From contig NW_021835380.1 of the NCBI RefSeq assembly GCF_006345805.1, forward strand, positions 1-58,475: 58,475 bases of DNA, in the 5' to 3' direction. The stretch comes from Octopus sinensis (lineage: Eukaryota). The notes beneath the pieces were generated by a model that had not been told where the DNA came from, made no database searches, and saw only the letters and a program-made list of their open reading frames with translations. Below, in pieces: positions 36,040 through 48,392 of the stretch. Both the position numbers and the translations under genes were made by a program. The first letter of the stretch is position 1, and every line of letters begins with the position of its first letter.

Positions 36040-36298
36040 TGTCCCAAAAGTTAATGATGGGTTTCAATTCTTAATAACTTCCTTAATTTTACAAATAATT
36101 GCATGGAATTTTGATACAATATAAAAGGCATAATGGAAATTAATATACACAAGTCAAATTTTGAAACACCAACACATCACATATGAAAAATGACATCTTT
36201 TAACTGGCAGCCGTTTTCGGCTTCGCACGCCCGTGCTCTTACCAAAACTTGCACCATAATACCTTCAAGAGTTTCAGACCCCATTTCTCCGATTTCTC
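36035..36298 (-). mobile_element. Tc1/mariner 3' end (transposase C-terminus plus TIR), copy 1
   Basis: Reverse complement of 38018-38281; TIR-like (C/T)AAG.TGTCCCAAAAG. Confidence 0.8.
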
Positions 36299-36369
36299 TA
36301 TTGATGTTCTCCTTGATATATTATTCTCTATTGATGTATTATTCGAGTACTGCCGTTGATGTAATCGAC

Positions 36370-37090
36370 TTACCCGAAAGGTAAAGCGAACTCCTGCGAA
36401 ATTTGAAATCAGAACTTAAAAACCCAGAATGAATGAAGCATCTTACGACTCTTTGACGATTCTGCCAGCTCTTGTCCAATTCATCGTTAATAATGATATT
36501 GGTTTCAAATTTTGGCATAGGGCAAGCGATTTCGAGGGAGGGGGCTAGTCGACTACATCGAATCCAGTGCTCGACTGGTACTTATTTTATCGACCCCCAA
36601 AAGGACGAAAGGCAAAGTCGACTTTGTCGAAATTTGAACTCAGAACGTAAAGATGAACAAAATACTTATTTCTTTACTACCCACAAGGGGCTACATACAG
36701 AGAGGACAAACAAGGACAGACAAAAGGATTAAGTCGATTATAACGACCCCGAAACAATGAAAGGCAAAGTCGACCTCGGCGGAATTTGAACTCAGAACGT
36801 AACGGCAGACGAAATACGGCTATTTTGCCCGGCATGCTTAACGATTCTGCCAGCTCGCCGCCTTTTCCAAAAGAATAATAATGATTTCAAATTTTAGCAC
36901 GAGGCCAGCAATTTCAAGGTAGCGGGTAAATCGAGTACATCGACCCCAGTGTTCAAATGGTACTTATTTTATCGACTCTAAAAATATGAAAGGCAAAGTC
37001 GACTTCGGCAGAATTTGAACTCAGGACTTGAAAAAAGAAGCAGAGGAAGTGCTAGTAAGTGCTAATGATTCCACCAGCTCGATGCCTTGA
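36370..37090 (-). mobile_element. Cluster of SINE-A copies (fragment, dimer, tail-variant-3 copy)
   Basis: Repeated AAAGGCAAAGTCGAC..GAATTTGAACTCAG core at ~36610, 36761 and 36990, plus a diverged head at 36375-36475. Confidence 0.85.
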
Positions 37091-37797
37091 TAAGGAGTGA
37101 ACTTATGTACTTAAAAACACGGATAGCGCCTTGTATCTCATCCATAGAAAACAGCTTGTATTTGAAACCGTGTCCTTGGTGTTGAATACACTACAAATTG
37201 TTCAGTCTACGAAATCAATTATAAATAAGTTACAGCTAATTGGCCTCATGAATTCTCCCCTCAGTCCCCTTATTGAAGTAACATCCTGGTTATTTTGAAA
37301 GAAATGATCTAATTACGCATAACCAGGTGTTAGTTGAACCAGAGTTCTCTTCAAGACTGCCGAAACACTTGGGTACCTCCTCTGGATCAGGTACCCTATG
37401 ACCTAAGGAAAGGTTAAGCGGCACTTATTAGTCGATTCAGCTAAAGAAGAGCTAAGTAAACATAACATTTGACCCTTTCTAGGGTTCCACCGGAAGACTT
37501 CCCTATTGGAAGTCATAGGGATTCTCTGTATCCAACATAGCAATAATGATCCTTGTTTTATGAATATTGCCAATTTAAATTCCACCTGAGTTTGATGGAA
37601 AATGAACTTTGAATCTGAAGATGCGGCTTCCATTAAATTCTCTGTTCGTATTTACCATCTTTCTCTTCTTTCATTTGATTATTACTATATGTACCCCCCC
37701 CCCTTTGTCTGTGTCTCTGTCTTCCTTTCTTCATCTCTTTTCATGTTAATCTCTCCCCTCCCTCTGTTTCCCACAATGTGTGTGTGTGTGTGTGTGT

Positions 37798-37833
<36 letters not shown>

Positions 37834-37869
37834 GTCTTTTGCTGGCTTCAGTCATTAGACTTTGCTGCT

Positions 37870-38017
37870 TTAGGCATAAGGCCCATAATTTTGAGGGAGG
37901 AGGTCAGTCGATTACATCGACGCCAGTACGCAATTGGTACTTAATTTATCGACCCCGAAAGAATGAAAGGTAAAGTCGACCTTAGTGGAATTTGAACTCA
38001 GAACTTAAAGACAGACG
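37870..38017 (-). mobile_element. SINE family A (tail variant 2), 5'-truncated
   Basis: Family-A core and GGCATAAGGCCCATAATTTT tail. Confidence 0.82.
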
Positions 38018-38281
38018 AGTTTCAGTGAAGTGGGGTCTGAAACTCTTGAGGGTGTTATGGTGCAAGTTTTGGAAAGAGCACGGGCGTCCGAAGCCGGAAA
38101 ATGGCTGCCAATTAAGCGATGTCATTTTTTTCTATATGATGTAGTGGTGTTGCAAAATTTGACTTGTGCATATAAATTTCAATTACGTCCTTTATATTGT
38201 ATCAAAATGTCATGCATTTATTTGTGAAGTTAAGGAAGTTATTAAAAATTGAAACCCATCAGTGACTTTTGGGACAGCTTG
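38018..38281 (+). mobile_element. Tc1/mariner 3' end (transposase C-terminus plus TIR), copy 2
   Basis: SEVGSETLEGVMVQVLERARASEA/NGCQLSDVIF resembles DD41D-type C-termini; ends CTTTTGGGACAGCTTG followed by TA. Confidence 0.8.
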
Positions 38282-38611
38282 TATATATATATATTGTACG
38301 ATGTAAATAATAATCTAATCAGTATTTTTGTTGATCTAACAGCAACTGCAGGGTGGGGGTGAAAATATCATTTTATTTGTATCGTACAATACACATTTCG
38401 ACGCTTCTACAAAGAAAAACAAATATTTGTTTGCTTGTATGTATGTTAGCTCTGAGGAAGATAGCTTTGGGCTAGTGGTTCCCTGTATCTTCAGTCGATC
38501 AATCGATTGATTGATAAGATTGAAACACAAACGCATACCTGAAACAGTTGTAAGCCTATAAAGGGAAAAATAAAGGTAGGTAATCCACTAGTTTTGTTTA
38601 TTATATATATA

Positions 38612-38645
<34 letters not shown>

Positions 38646-38659
38646 CATACATGCATATA

Positions 38660-39090
38660 TTACTCTTTACTCTTTTACTCTTTTACTTGTTTCAGTCATT
38701 TGACTGTGGCCATGCTGGAGCACCGCATCAAATCGACCCCAGGACTTATTCATTGTAAGCCTAGTACTTATTCTATCGGTCTCTTTTTCTGAACCGCTAA
38801 GTTACGGGGACGTAAACACACCAACATCGGTCATCAAGGGATGTTGGTGGGGAGGGGGACAAACACAGACAGACAAACATATACACACACACGTATATAT
38901 GTATATATACGACGGACTTCTTTCAGTTTCCGTCTACCAAATCCACTCACAAGGCTTTGGTCGACCCGAGGCTATAGTAGAAGACACTTGCCCAAGGTGC
39001 CACACAGAACCCAGAACCATGTGCATGGGACTGAACCCAGAACCATGTGGTTGGTAAGCAAGCTACTTACCACACAGCCACTCCTGCGCC
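38660..39090 (-). mobile_element. SINE family B, full length
   Basis: Complete head to (AAAAGAGT)n tail; small internal duplication AACCCAGAACCATGTG. Confidence 0.92.
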
Positions 39091-39618
39091 TATATATATA
39101 TTCGTCGAGTTACTTTCAGTTTCCATCTACCAAATCCACTCACGCGGTTTTGTCAACCCAAAAAGCCACGCACAGGGACTGAACCCGAAGCCCTATGAAT
39201 GGGAAGCAAAAGTTTCCACCACACACCCACGAAGAATAACGAACCTTATAAACTATCCTTCGCCAGTCAGACATTACCTAAACATTATCATAACATCTTA
39301 AATGAATAATAGCCATATATTCATTGAACATAAGCTATTTTTATGGCTTCAAAGCGGAAGCTCATGGCCCTTTCCAGAGCCTTTTAGATATGTCGGAGGA
39401 AAGGGGCTTTCCTGTTGTGTGTTGTCAATAAATGGCAGTATTTTAATCGCTCTGTTCAATATGGCGACAATGTCTGTGAATGAAATGACAGGGAGGGCGC
39501 ATGTCACATATTTTGGGTTTTTTTTACTCATTTATTCAAATATTCATGGATGTTATTTATGTAAAGATAACAGTTTTACATGTGTGTTTTGTCAAATTCA
39601 ACAAACATATATGTATGA

Positions 39619-39660
<42 letters not shown>

Positions 39661-39803
39661 GTATACACATATATAAGCATATGTGTGTGTGTGTGTGTAT
39701 AACTGAAAAAATTAGAGTCAACAAGAAGTACAGTTGCACGTGTATGTATATATATATATATATATATACATACATGCATACATACTTATCATGTTGATGT
39801 ACG

Positions 39804-39841
<38 letters not shown>

Positions 39842-39867
39842 GTATATGTGTGTATACATATGTATAT

Positions 39868-39908
<41 letters not shown>

Positions 39909-40859
39909 GCATGTGTGTATATATATATATACACATTATATATATGTATATATATATGTATGTGTATGTACATATGTGTGCGTGTTTATACATATATATA
40001 TATATATATGTATGTATATATGTATATATATGCCTGTATGTATGTGTATATGTATGTAAATATATATATATTCATGCATGTATATATGTGAACATATGTG
40101 TATCAATATAAGCATGACTACACATAAACACACACACACACACACAATCACACACAAACACACACATTCTTACCCACACCCACCCACACCCACACACCCC
40201 CACACACACATGGCAACGTGTCTATGTAAGTGTTTGTAAGAATCTATAAGGAAAGAGGAAATATTAATATTTTTTCACGTGTCGTTCATGTGTTTTCAAC
40301 ATTTCGTATGGCAATCTCTTCTCGTCTCCAACGGAATAAAATTACATTTTAAGATGACACAATGGGGAACAAAAGGATTTGAAAGTATGGTAATTGAGGA
40401 TAAAATTCCTGTAAAGTTCTGACTTAATTATTATCCCCGTTCATTGCCAAAATCTGCTGAATTCCTTCTTTTTCCCTGCTAAAATGTTTACCACATTTGC
40501 AGAGAACTGGGTTTTCAGGGACATATATCTTACAGTATAGACAGGTTTTATAGCAAATCATATACGCTAGTTAACAAGGGTATAGATTATGAGCTGGTAT
40601 AGTTTAAGAGAGATTTAGATTGAGACAAAAGCAGTGTCTTTTTGTTTGTTTTATATGACAGTGGTTTATTGCTATCTCGTAGCAGTGATCGACATTCACT
40701 TTGCCGTATTTAAAATACTTGACTTTAAGATAATTGTGTTAAGGTTTTCTGTGCTAATGTCCCGAACAAAAGGTATTAAACTACATCCGGTGGTGAGGCT
40801 ACAGCTCGATAACTCGGAAGTTTTTTTGGGGGGAAATTGCGTTATCCTTTAGCCATCTT

Positions 40860-41565
40860 TATTCCCAAACTTGCTCTGATTCGGAGTAGTGTTAGTGCCC
40901 CCCAGTTATAGGACAAATAGTACCCCAGTTATAGGACAAATAGTACCCCCTAGTTATAGGACAAATAGTACCCCCCAGTTATAGGACAAATAGTACCCCC
41001 AGTTATAGGACAAATAGTACACCCCCAGTAATAGGACAAATAGTACCCCCCAGTTATAGAACAAATAGCACCCACCCCCCAGTTATAGGACAAATAGCAA
41101 AGATTACTCTGTTACAAAAGCATGGAGGACATGGAAAAAAGCTGGCACCAGCTTGTGTGTGTATGCGTGTGTGTATGTGTGTGTGTGTGTGTGTGCGTAT
41201 TCCTAAGTCTACTGTGGCCGGTCGGTATTACTAGCAAAGCCCTAGTTACAGCAGTTTTACGATAAACAACAAAAGATTGTTCTATAACTAAGACATAAAG
41301 GACTCCGAGAAAGGCTGACATGAGTGTGCGTGTGGATTCCCAAGTTCGCTCTGGCCCAGATGGTATTATTGCCAAGGTCCCAGTTACAGCAGTTTCACGA
41401 TAAATAGCAAAATATGATCCTGGAATTTAGGTGTAGAGGGCTCCGAGAAAGGTTGACACCCGTATGCTTGTGTATTCCGAGTTCATTCTGGCTTGGATGA
41501 TATTACTGCCAAAACGTCAGTAATAGTAAAATAGTACAAGACTGGACTCGGAGGAAGGCTGACCC
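40860..41565. repeat. Diverged ~135-140 bp tandem repeat (about 4 units)
   Basis: TATTA(C/T)T..CAA..CCAGTTACAG..GGACTCCGAGAAAGGCTGAC..TATTCC recurs at ~41226, 41365 and 41501, with a related unit at 40890-41225. Confidence 0.7.
40898..41099. repeat. Minisatellite, 8 copies of C(4-6)AGTTATAGGACAAATAGTA (23-29 bp)
   Basis: Directly visible; units differ mainly in C-run length. Confidence 0.95.
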
Positions 41566-42665
41566 TGAACATGTGTCACACTGTTCCACCATGTGTGGGT
41601 GTGAACATGTCTTGATGTTACATGGACCAGTACCCTGCTTAAGAGCTACATAGACTTCCTGCCTCAAGAGCAAGCTCAGGAGAGTAGGAGACAAGAAGAG
41701 TAAGCTGTGAATAAATCAGTCGAAGGCAACGGGAAAATAAAGAAAACTCATGGCCCTTCAGGTTTTGGCATTGAGGCCTTGATTGCTGACTCCTGCAGAC
41801 ATCGTACATGGAGAAAGAGCGAGAACAGAGAGAGAATTAGTGTAAATGGGTGAGAGAGAGAGGGGGGAGGGAGAAAGAGAGAGAGTGAGAGAGAGGTTAC
41901 GATTTCCTGTAGTAATTAGAAATAACAGCCGCTTATTCTAAATACTTCATCACAACGAGCAAATTAAGAATCCACACCGTAGTCGCCAAACTCACTAGAC
42001 AGAGCAGCCATATCTCCCTAAATCACTCTTTACTGTCTTAAGAATTGACGACCATTCAATGTTGAAATCTCGACGTACTATATATATATATATAGTACTT
42101 CGTTGTTTGTTCTATGTATGGTGAATGTGTAAGACTCGGAGTATCTATGTTTGCTGTTTCGTCAGTTCAAATGAACTCAATGTTATTTTATTGTTCTCCT
42201 TGGTTGCCAAAATACACACCTGTGTGGCTGCAAGGTAAGAAGTTTGCTCTCCAACCACATGATTCCGGGTTCAGTCCCAGAATATTTAACAATTGTAAAA
42301 CTTAGAAATTGAACCCAGATTGCTATATCCGATAAAAAAGGAAAAAAAAACTAAAGAACACGATGGTAATTGGCTAAAATATCTCCAATGTTATCAAAAA
42401 CATGTGGCAATTCAAGACTTCGTGTGGATCAGGATCTAATACTAATTTCATATTTGAAACGATTTGTTTCCTTACCAACACCATCTCTATGTATTCAGCG
42501 CATTTTAGCCACTGACCAGAGGAGAGCAGGCGAAGACAACAGACAACAGTCAGCAGACGTTAACAGTAAACCTGCAGCAGACCAGAGCGCTGTCACAATA
42601 CAAAATGCAATGGACGACAACGGCAGCGACAAACCATAACCAGCTAACATCCAGAAACTCACTAC

Positions 42666-42899
42666 TATCTTTCTTTATTGCTCACAAGGGGGCTAAACAT
42701 AGAGGAGACAAACAAGGACAGAGAAAGGGATTAAGTCGATTACATCGATCCCAGTGCGTAACTGGTATTTTATTTATCGACTCCGAAAGGATGAAAAGCA
42801 AAGTCGACCTCGGCGGAGTTTGAACTCAGAACGTAATGGCAGACGAAATACCTCTAAGCATTTCGCCCGGCGCGCTAACGTGTCTGCCAGCTCGCCGCC
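42666..42899 (-). mobile_element. SINE family A, full length
   Basis: Family-A sequence; flanking direct repeat CAGAAACTCAC. Confidence 0.92.
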
Positions 42900-43075
42900 C
42901 TCAGAAACTCACGATAATGACTAATCTCATACGGTTATAGGACAATTTGCTGTAACCATTTTTACCATAAATAAATTTGCCGTAAGAAATTTCGTTCCAA
43001 ATGACCACATCACGTTTTTTTTTGTTTTTTTTTTTTAATGTTTGACGTTGAATAAAGACTTGTGTATTTAATGTT

Positions 43076-43353
43076 TTGGCATTCTTTCGATATAACTCGA
43101 CAAAATCAAAACATTACACTTCGGGTATTTCCGTGGAGGTAAATGACAGTTCGATTCTGTTTTCTGCTTGGAAATTTGCGGATTTTACCTGCACACATGA
43201 AACAGGTAAGAACAAATATGCAAGGCTTTTTTTCTTCAAGTTTAAAATGAGACATTGGCTGGCATAATTTCGTTATATCTATACTCCACAACCCACGGAT
43301 ATACCCGAAGTGAATTGTTTTGATTCTGTCGAGTTATATCGAAAGAATGCCAA
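43076..43353. mobile_element. MITE with ~60 bp terminal inverted repeats
   Basis: TTGGCATTCTTTCGATATAACTCGACA..CACTTCGGGTAT.TCCGTGG pairs with CCACGGATATACCCGAAGTG..TGTCGAGTTATATCGAAAGAATGCCAA. Confidence 0.85.
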
Positions 43354-43607
43354 CACTTTTATAGAACCTCTTATTGTTCCTTTTATTATTTTTTAAAATG
43401 CTGATACAATACACTTTATCGTTGTCCATATGGCGAATTTATCTCGGGCGAATTTTCCTATACGGCGAAATTTCCAAATATGCTCTCATACTCAGTCCAA
43501 CAAGAACAAGATTCGGATAGTCTTGGTGCTTGTCTTTTGTAGAAACGACAGCATTTTTGTTAAAGCTAAAAAGAAAATTTTTTTATCAAAAATCTCTAAG
43601 AGAGATA

Positions 43608-43777
43608 GGCGCAGGAGTGGCTGTGTGGTAAGTAGCTTGCTTACAAACCACATAGAAGCAGATCCAGTCGCATTGTGTGTCACCTTGGACAAGTATTTTC
43701 TTCTATAGCCTCGGGCCGACAAACCCTTGTGAGTGGATTTGGTAGACAGAAACTGAAAGAAGCCCGTCGTATATATG

Positions 43778-43830
<53 letters not shown>

Positions 43831-44045
43831 TTGTGTGTCTGTATTTGTCCCCCAACATCGCTTGCCAACCGATGCTGGTGTGTTTACGTCCCCGTAACTT
43901 AGCGGTTCGGCAAAAGAGATCGATTGAATAAGTACTAGGCTTACAAAGAATACGTCCTGGGGTCGATTTGATTCGACTAAAGGCAGTGCTCCAGTATCGC
44001 CACAGTCAAATGACTGAATCAAGTAAAAGAATAAAAGAATAAAAA
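43608..44045 (+). mobile_element. SINE family B, full length
   Basis: GGCGCAGGAGTGGCTGTGTGG head through CAGTCAAATGACTGAATCAAGTAAAAGA tail. Confidence 0.92.
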
Positions 44046-44864
44046 ATAAAAAATCTCAGATTCCTGTGTTCTTTATCGTAACATGATAGAGAGAGAGAGA
44101 GAGGGAGAGAGAGAGAGAGAGAGGGAGAGAGAGAGAGGGAGAGGGGGAGAGAGAGAGAGAGAGAGAGAGACTGTTACAGACAGACAGACAAACAGACAGC
44201 TCCTCTTGCTTCCTCGAAAGGCTGCACGTCGCTGTCTCTTGTTAACTCTTTAGTAATCCACTTCGTACCATTTCTGCTTTTTTGTGAGACATCGGTGATT
44301 ATGATTTGATGGTGATAATGATGACGACGACGACGTTGGTGATGATAACAACTGTGGTGTTGGTGGAGGAGGTTTTCGTGACGGTGATGATGATGATGAT
44401 GCTGATGAGGGTGGAGGAGGAGAAGGATCATTAGGATACCGAGGAAAAGGCGAGGTCAAGCAGTACAGTTCTTATTGTTGCTACAATTAATTAGGCGGTG
44501 TGAGAAGTTATCTTTTATACTCAAATCCGCAAGTGGCTGATTCGATACAGAGTTGGGGAGCTAACCCAAGGAAAGCTGGTTCGTATTGTGCACTTGGCAT
44601 CGATTCTGTCGGACCCATAAACAATGCAATTAACTTCGATAAATCCAATGTACAAACGAAATTGCGGAGTGGGGATAGATATTGGGGAAAAAAATAAACT
44701 TGGAAAGAAAATCTAGAATCCGTGAGTCAAAGAGTGGGTAGCGAGAGAACTGCCCACTCTCTGGTGGTTTAACGTGAGGGAGGTAACACACAAACCTCCC
44801 TCAAGCCCGAATTTTCTACCTTTACGCTTGTGAAGGTGAGAAGGAAAAAATATTTGCAGGAAGA

Positions 44865-45420
44865 GATGCAGGCTTGGCTGTGTGGTAAGAAGCTTGCTTC
44901 CCTATCACATGGTTCTGGGTTCAGTCCCACAGCGTGGCACCTTGAGTTATGGTCTTCTACAGTAGCCACTGTATCCTTGTAAGTGGATTTGGTGGACAGA
45001 AACTGAAAGGCGGCGAGCTGGCAGAAACGTTAGCACGCCGGACGAAATGCTTACCGGTATTTCGTCTGCCGTTATGTTCTGAGTTCAAATTCCGCCGAGG
45101 TCGACTATGCCTTTCATCCTTTTGGGGTCGATATATTAAGTACCAGTTACGCACTGGGTTCGATGTAATCTACTAAATCCCTTTGTCTGTCCTTGTTTGT
45201 CCCCTCTGTGTTTAGCTCCTTGTGGGCAATAAAGAAATACGAAACTGTTGGTCTGTTTACATACTCATAACTTAGAGGTTTGACAAAATAGATGGAAAGA
45301 ATAAGTACCAGGTTCCCCCCCCGCCAAAAAAAAGCACTGGGGTCGATGCGTTCGAACCAAAAGCTCTTCAAGACGGTACCCCAGCATGGCCGCAGGCTAA
45401 TGACTAGAACAAGCGAAGGA
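44865..45420 (+). mobile_element. Older SINE-B with a full SINE-A (45009-45239) nested inside
   Basis: B head 44865-45008 and B tail 45240-45420; GAAACTG repeated on both sides of the insert. Confidence 0.85.
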
Positions 45421-45451
45421 TATACATTTACATGGGTGTTCATTTTCGGCT

Positions 45452-45663
45452 TTACTCTTTTACTCTTTTACTTGTTTCAGTCATTTGACTGTGGCCATGC
45501 TGGAGCACCGCCTTTAGTCGAGCAAATCGAGCCCAGGACTTATTCTTTGTAAGCCTAGTACTTGTTCTATCGGTCTCTTTTGCCGAACCGCTAAGTTACA
45601 TGGACGTAAACATACCATCATCGGTTGTTAAGCGATGTTGGGGGGGACAAACACAGACACACA

Positions 45664-45718
<55 letters not shown>

Positions 45719-45843
45719 CATATATACGACGGGCTTCTTTCAGTTTCCGTCTACCAAATTCACTCACGAGGCTTTGGTGGAGCCGAGGCTGTAGTAGAAA
45801 ACACTTGTCCAAGGTGCCACGCAGTGGGACTGAACCCGGAACC
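45452..45843 (-). mobile_element. SINE family B, 5'-truncated
   Basis: Family-B body and tail on the minus strand. Confidence 0.9.
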
Positions 45844-46087
45844 GACACCTATGTACACACAAACGCTTTGGTATTAATAAATAAAAATTAAAAAAAACTG
45901 GATTAGCAATCACCGTGGATGTGATAGATGCGCATTTTGGGGATTAGTTGCCAGATGCCGATAGTTGGAGAACTGAAGGTGCCAGGGGAGAAGGTAATAG
46001 GGGTTAGGTTTAGATGTGAGCATAATGGGGGCAGTTCAATGATCCGAAACGTTCGTTATAATGTGTGTATGTAAGTGTGCGTGTGCG

Positions 46088-46127
<40 letters not shown>

Positions 46128-46554
46128 GGGGGGAGAAAGAGATAGGCGTATGACGGGGGGAAGGAGGTGTATAATATAGAGGTGAGGATGGGTGTGGATC
46201 TGTAAATGCTAATGTGGAATACGTACGGCATTGTCGTTATAAAGTCGCGGCCTGAACAAACAGGAAGTAGCTTTAGTGATGTTGCCATCTGGCAACAGCC
46301 GGACAACAACAGCGGCGGTGGAGGTGGTGGCGATGGAATTTCGCAGTGACAGCGGAGGCGGTGGCGGCGGTGGCGGCGATGATGGTGGTGTTGTTGTTGT
46401 TATCATTATTGTTGTTGTTGTTGGTGCTGGTGGCAGTGTGTATGGTGCGGCGTTGGTGGTGTTTGTTGTTAATAGTAAAGGTTCTATAATTTGGTTTCGC
46501 CATTATTACGACCAAGGACAGGCTGGAGCACTGCTTTCATGGCGGTATTCAATA

Positions 46555-46792
46555 GGACGGCGAGCTGGTAGAAACGTTAGCACGCCAGGCGAGATGCTTA
46601 GCGGTGTTTCGTCGGCCGTTACGTTCTGAGTTCAAATTCCGCCGAGGTCGGCTTTGCCTTTCATCCTTTCAGAGTCGATTAAATAAATACCAGTTACGCA
46701 CTGGGGTCGATATAATCGACTTAATCCGTTTGTCTGTCCTTGCTTGTCCTCTCTGTGTTTAGCCCCTTGTGGGTAGTAAAGAAATAGGTATT
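46555..46792 (+). mobile_element. SINE family A, full length
   Basis: Family-A sequence ending AAAGAAATAGGTATT, which includes the start of the multimer junction. Confidence 0.92.
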
Positions 46793-46887
46793 CAATATAT
46801 GTACATATATATATGTACTTATACATACACATACATAGATACTCATACATATACACACATACATACATACATACATATATACATACA

Positions 46888-46933
<46 letters not shown>

Positions 46934-46956
46934 TATATATCTGCGTGTTTGTATAC

Positions 46957-47118
46957 ATTCTTTTATTCTTTTACCTGTTTCAATCATTTGACTGCGGTCA
47001 TGCTGGAGCACCACTTTTAGTCGAGCAAATAAACCCCAGGATGTATTCTTTGTAAACCTAGTACTTATTCTATCGGTGCTTTTTGCCGAATCGCGAAGTA
47101 TATAAACACACCGTCGTA
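46957..47118 (-). mobile_element. SINE family B 3' fragment
   Basis: TCATTTGACTGCGGTCATGCTGGAGCACC..TAGTACTTATTCTATCGGT. Confidence 0.85.
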
Positions 47119-47187
47119 TATATACACAGACCCATATATATATATGTGGGTACACACATAGATTTGCACACGTACACACACACGTAC

Positions 47188-47247
<60 letters not shown>

Positions 47248-47365
47248 TCACCTAAGGTGTATTTCTGCAAAATCTGGTGAAAATCTGTTCAGCCGTTTTC
47301 CAGTAATTTTGCAAATACACAAAGGCGAGAGATCACAATACGCTGCTTTGCCATACGCGCGCTGG

Positions 47366-47433
<68 letters not shown>

Positions 47434-47451
47434 CGTATTAATAATCATAAT

Positions 47452-47992
47452 AAATGCCCTGATGCCGTACCAGGCAGTGGCTCTCATGGCTTCTAATCTT
47501 AACTGATTGTAAGTGTTATCATGTACATTGTTTTGTCTTGGTATAAAAGATGGGCTACAGCAAATATTCTGCTCAACACCACAGATTTGCTTGTCAGTTG
47601 TTTGACCTTAACCAGTTGAGCATGTCCCTTAGTGGCTGATGATATGTGCATCTCTGATCACGAGCAGAAGTAGTCGGGGAGCATCATAGCCATGTGTTGA
47701 GAGGGATTCTTTGGGGTTTGAATAATTCACCTCTGGAAACATTGGTGTTTCTTTCAACATCCTTAACCCTTATTCAGGGACCTTTTGAGTGTGATGGGCT
47801 ACTCAACCTGAAGAAAATTCTAACTGGGTCATGTGCTGTTTATCTTGATATGAGATCACCATGTCGCGCACATATGGTTGTGCTGCATGTGCCTAGTGTA
47901 CCCTTATCAGACGGGTAGTCATGATGGGTATACTGGGCTTCGTATATATTACCCCAGTGTCACTTTGATGGCATGCACTACTCTCTCACTCT
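47452..47992. mobile_element. ~540 bp non-coding element embedded in a (TAA)n array (unclassified)
   Basis: Complex sequence bounded sharply by (TAA)n at 47367-47451 and 47993-48040; no TIRs or intact ORF seen. Confidence 0.55.
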
Positions 47993-48007
47993 ATAATAAT
48001 AATAATA

Positions 48008-48039
<32 letters not shown>

Positions 48040-48040
<1 letters not shown>

Positions 48041-48392
48041 GAGCATTCAGAGAGTGCAAACCTCCGTCAAGGCAACACCAATGTCCTCTCAACGATTAGC
48101 CGGAGATGATTTTTAGAATGCAAATATCTAAAATAAACTCGACTGCTCTCACAAACGAGAATACTAAAAATGAACCCGTCCGCTCTCAAAAATTAAATTA
48201 AAATTTTTTAAAAAAACGGCAAATTAATCCAGAATCCTTGTCCGATCCCAAAATCTAATCAGTTTGTGCCAGTCACGAGCCTAAATTTCCTGAAAGTTTC
48301 ATTCGAATCCATCCAGCAGTTCTTGAGGTATCTCGTCCACGGACAAACAAACACGACTGAAACAATAGCTCCGCCTTCGCTAAGGCCGAGGT
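48040..48392 (+). mobile_element. Helentron-associated (HINE/DINE-like) non-autonomous element
   Basis: 5' AGAGCATTCAGAGAGTGCAAACCTCCGTCAAGG; body AAAGTTTCATTCGAATCC..ACAAACAAACAC; 3' hairpin CTCCGCCTT(cgct)AAGGC(C/G)GAGG complementary to the 5' subterminal motif. Confidence 0.65.

Noticed and set aside
40898-41099. Regular ~24 bp repeats resembling a CRISPR array
   Set aside because: No unique spacers between repeats, eukaryotic context and no cas genes; it is a minisatellite.
41725-41830. Possible host exon on the minus strand after a pyrimidine tract
   Set aside because: The pyrimidine tract is a (CT)n microsatellite, the reading frame is short, and I found no good donor site or recognisable peptide; RNA-seq would be needed.
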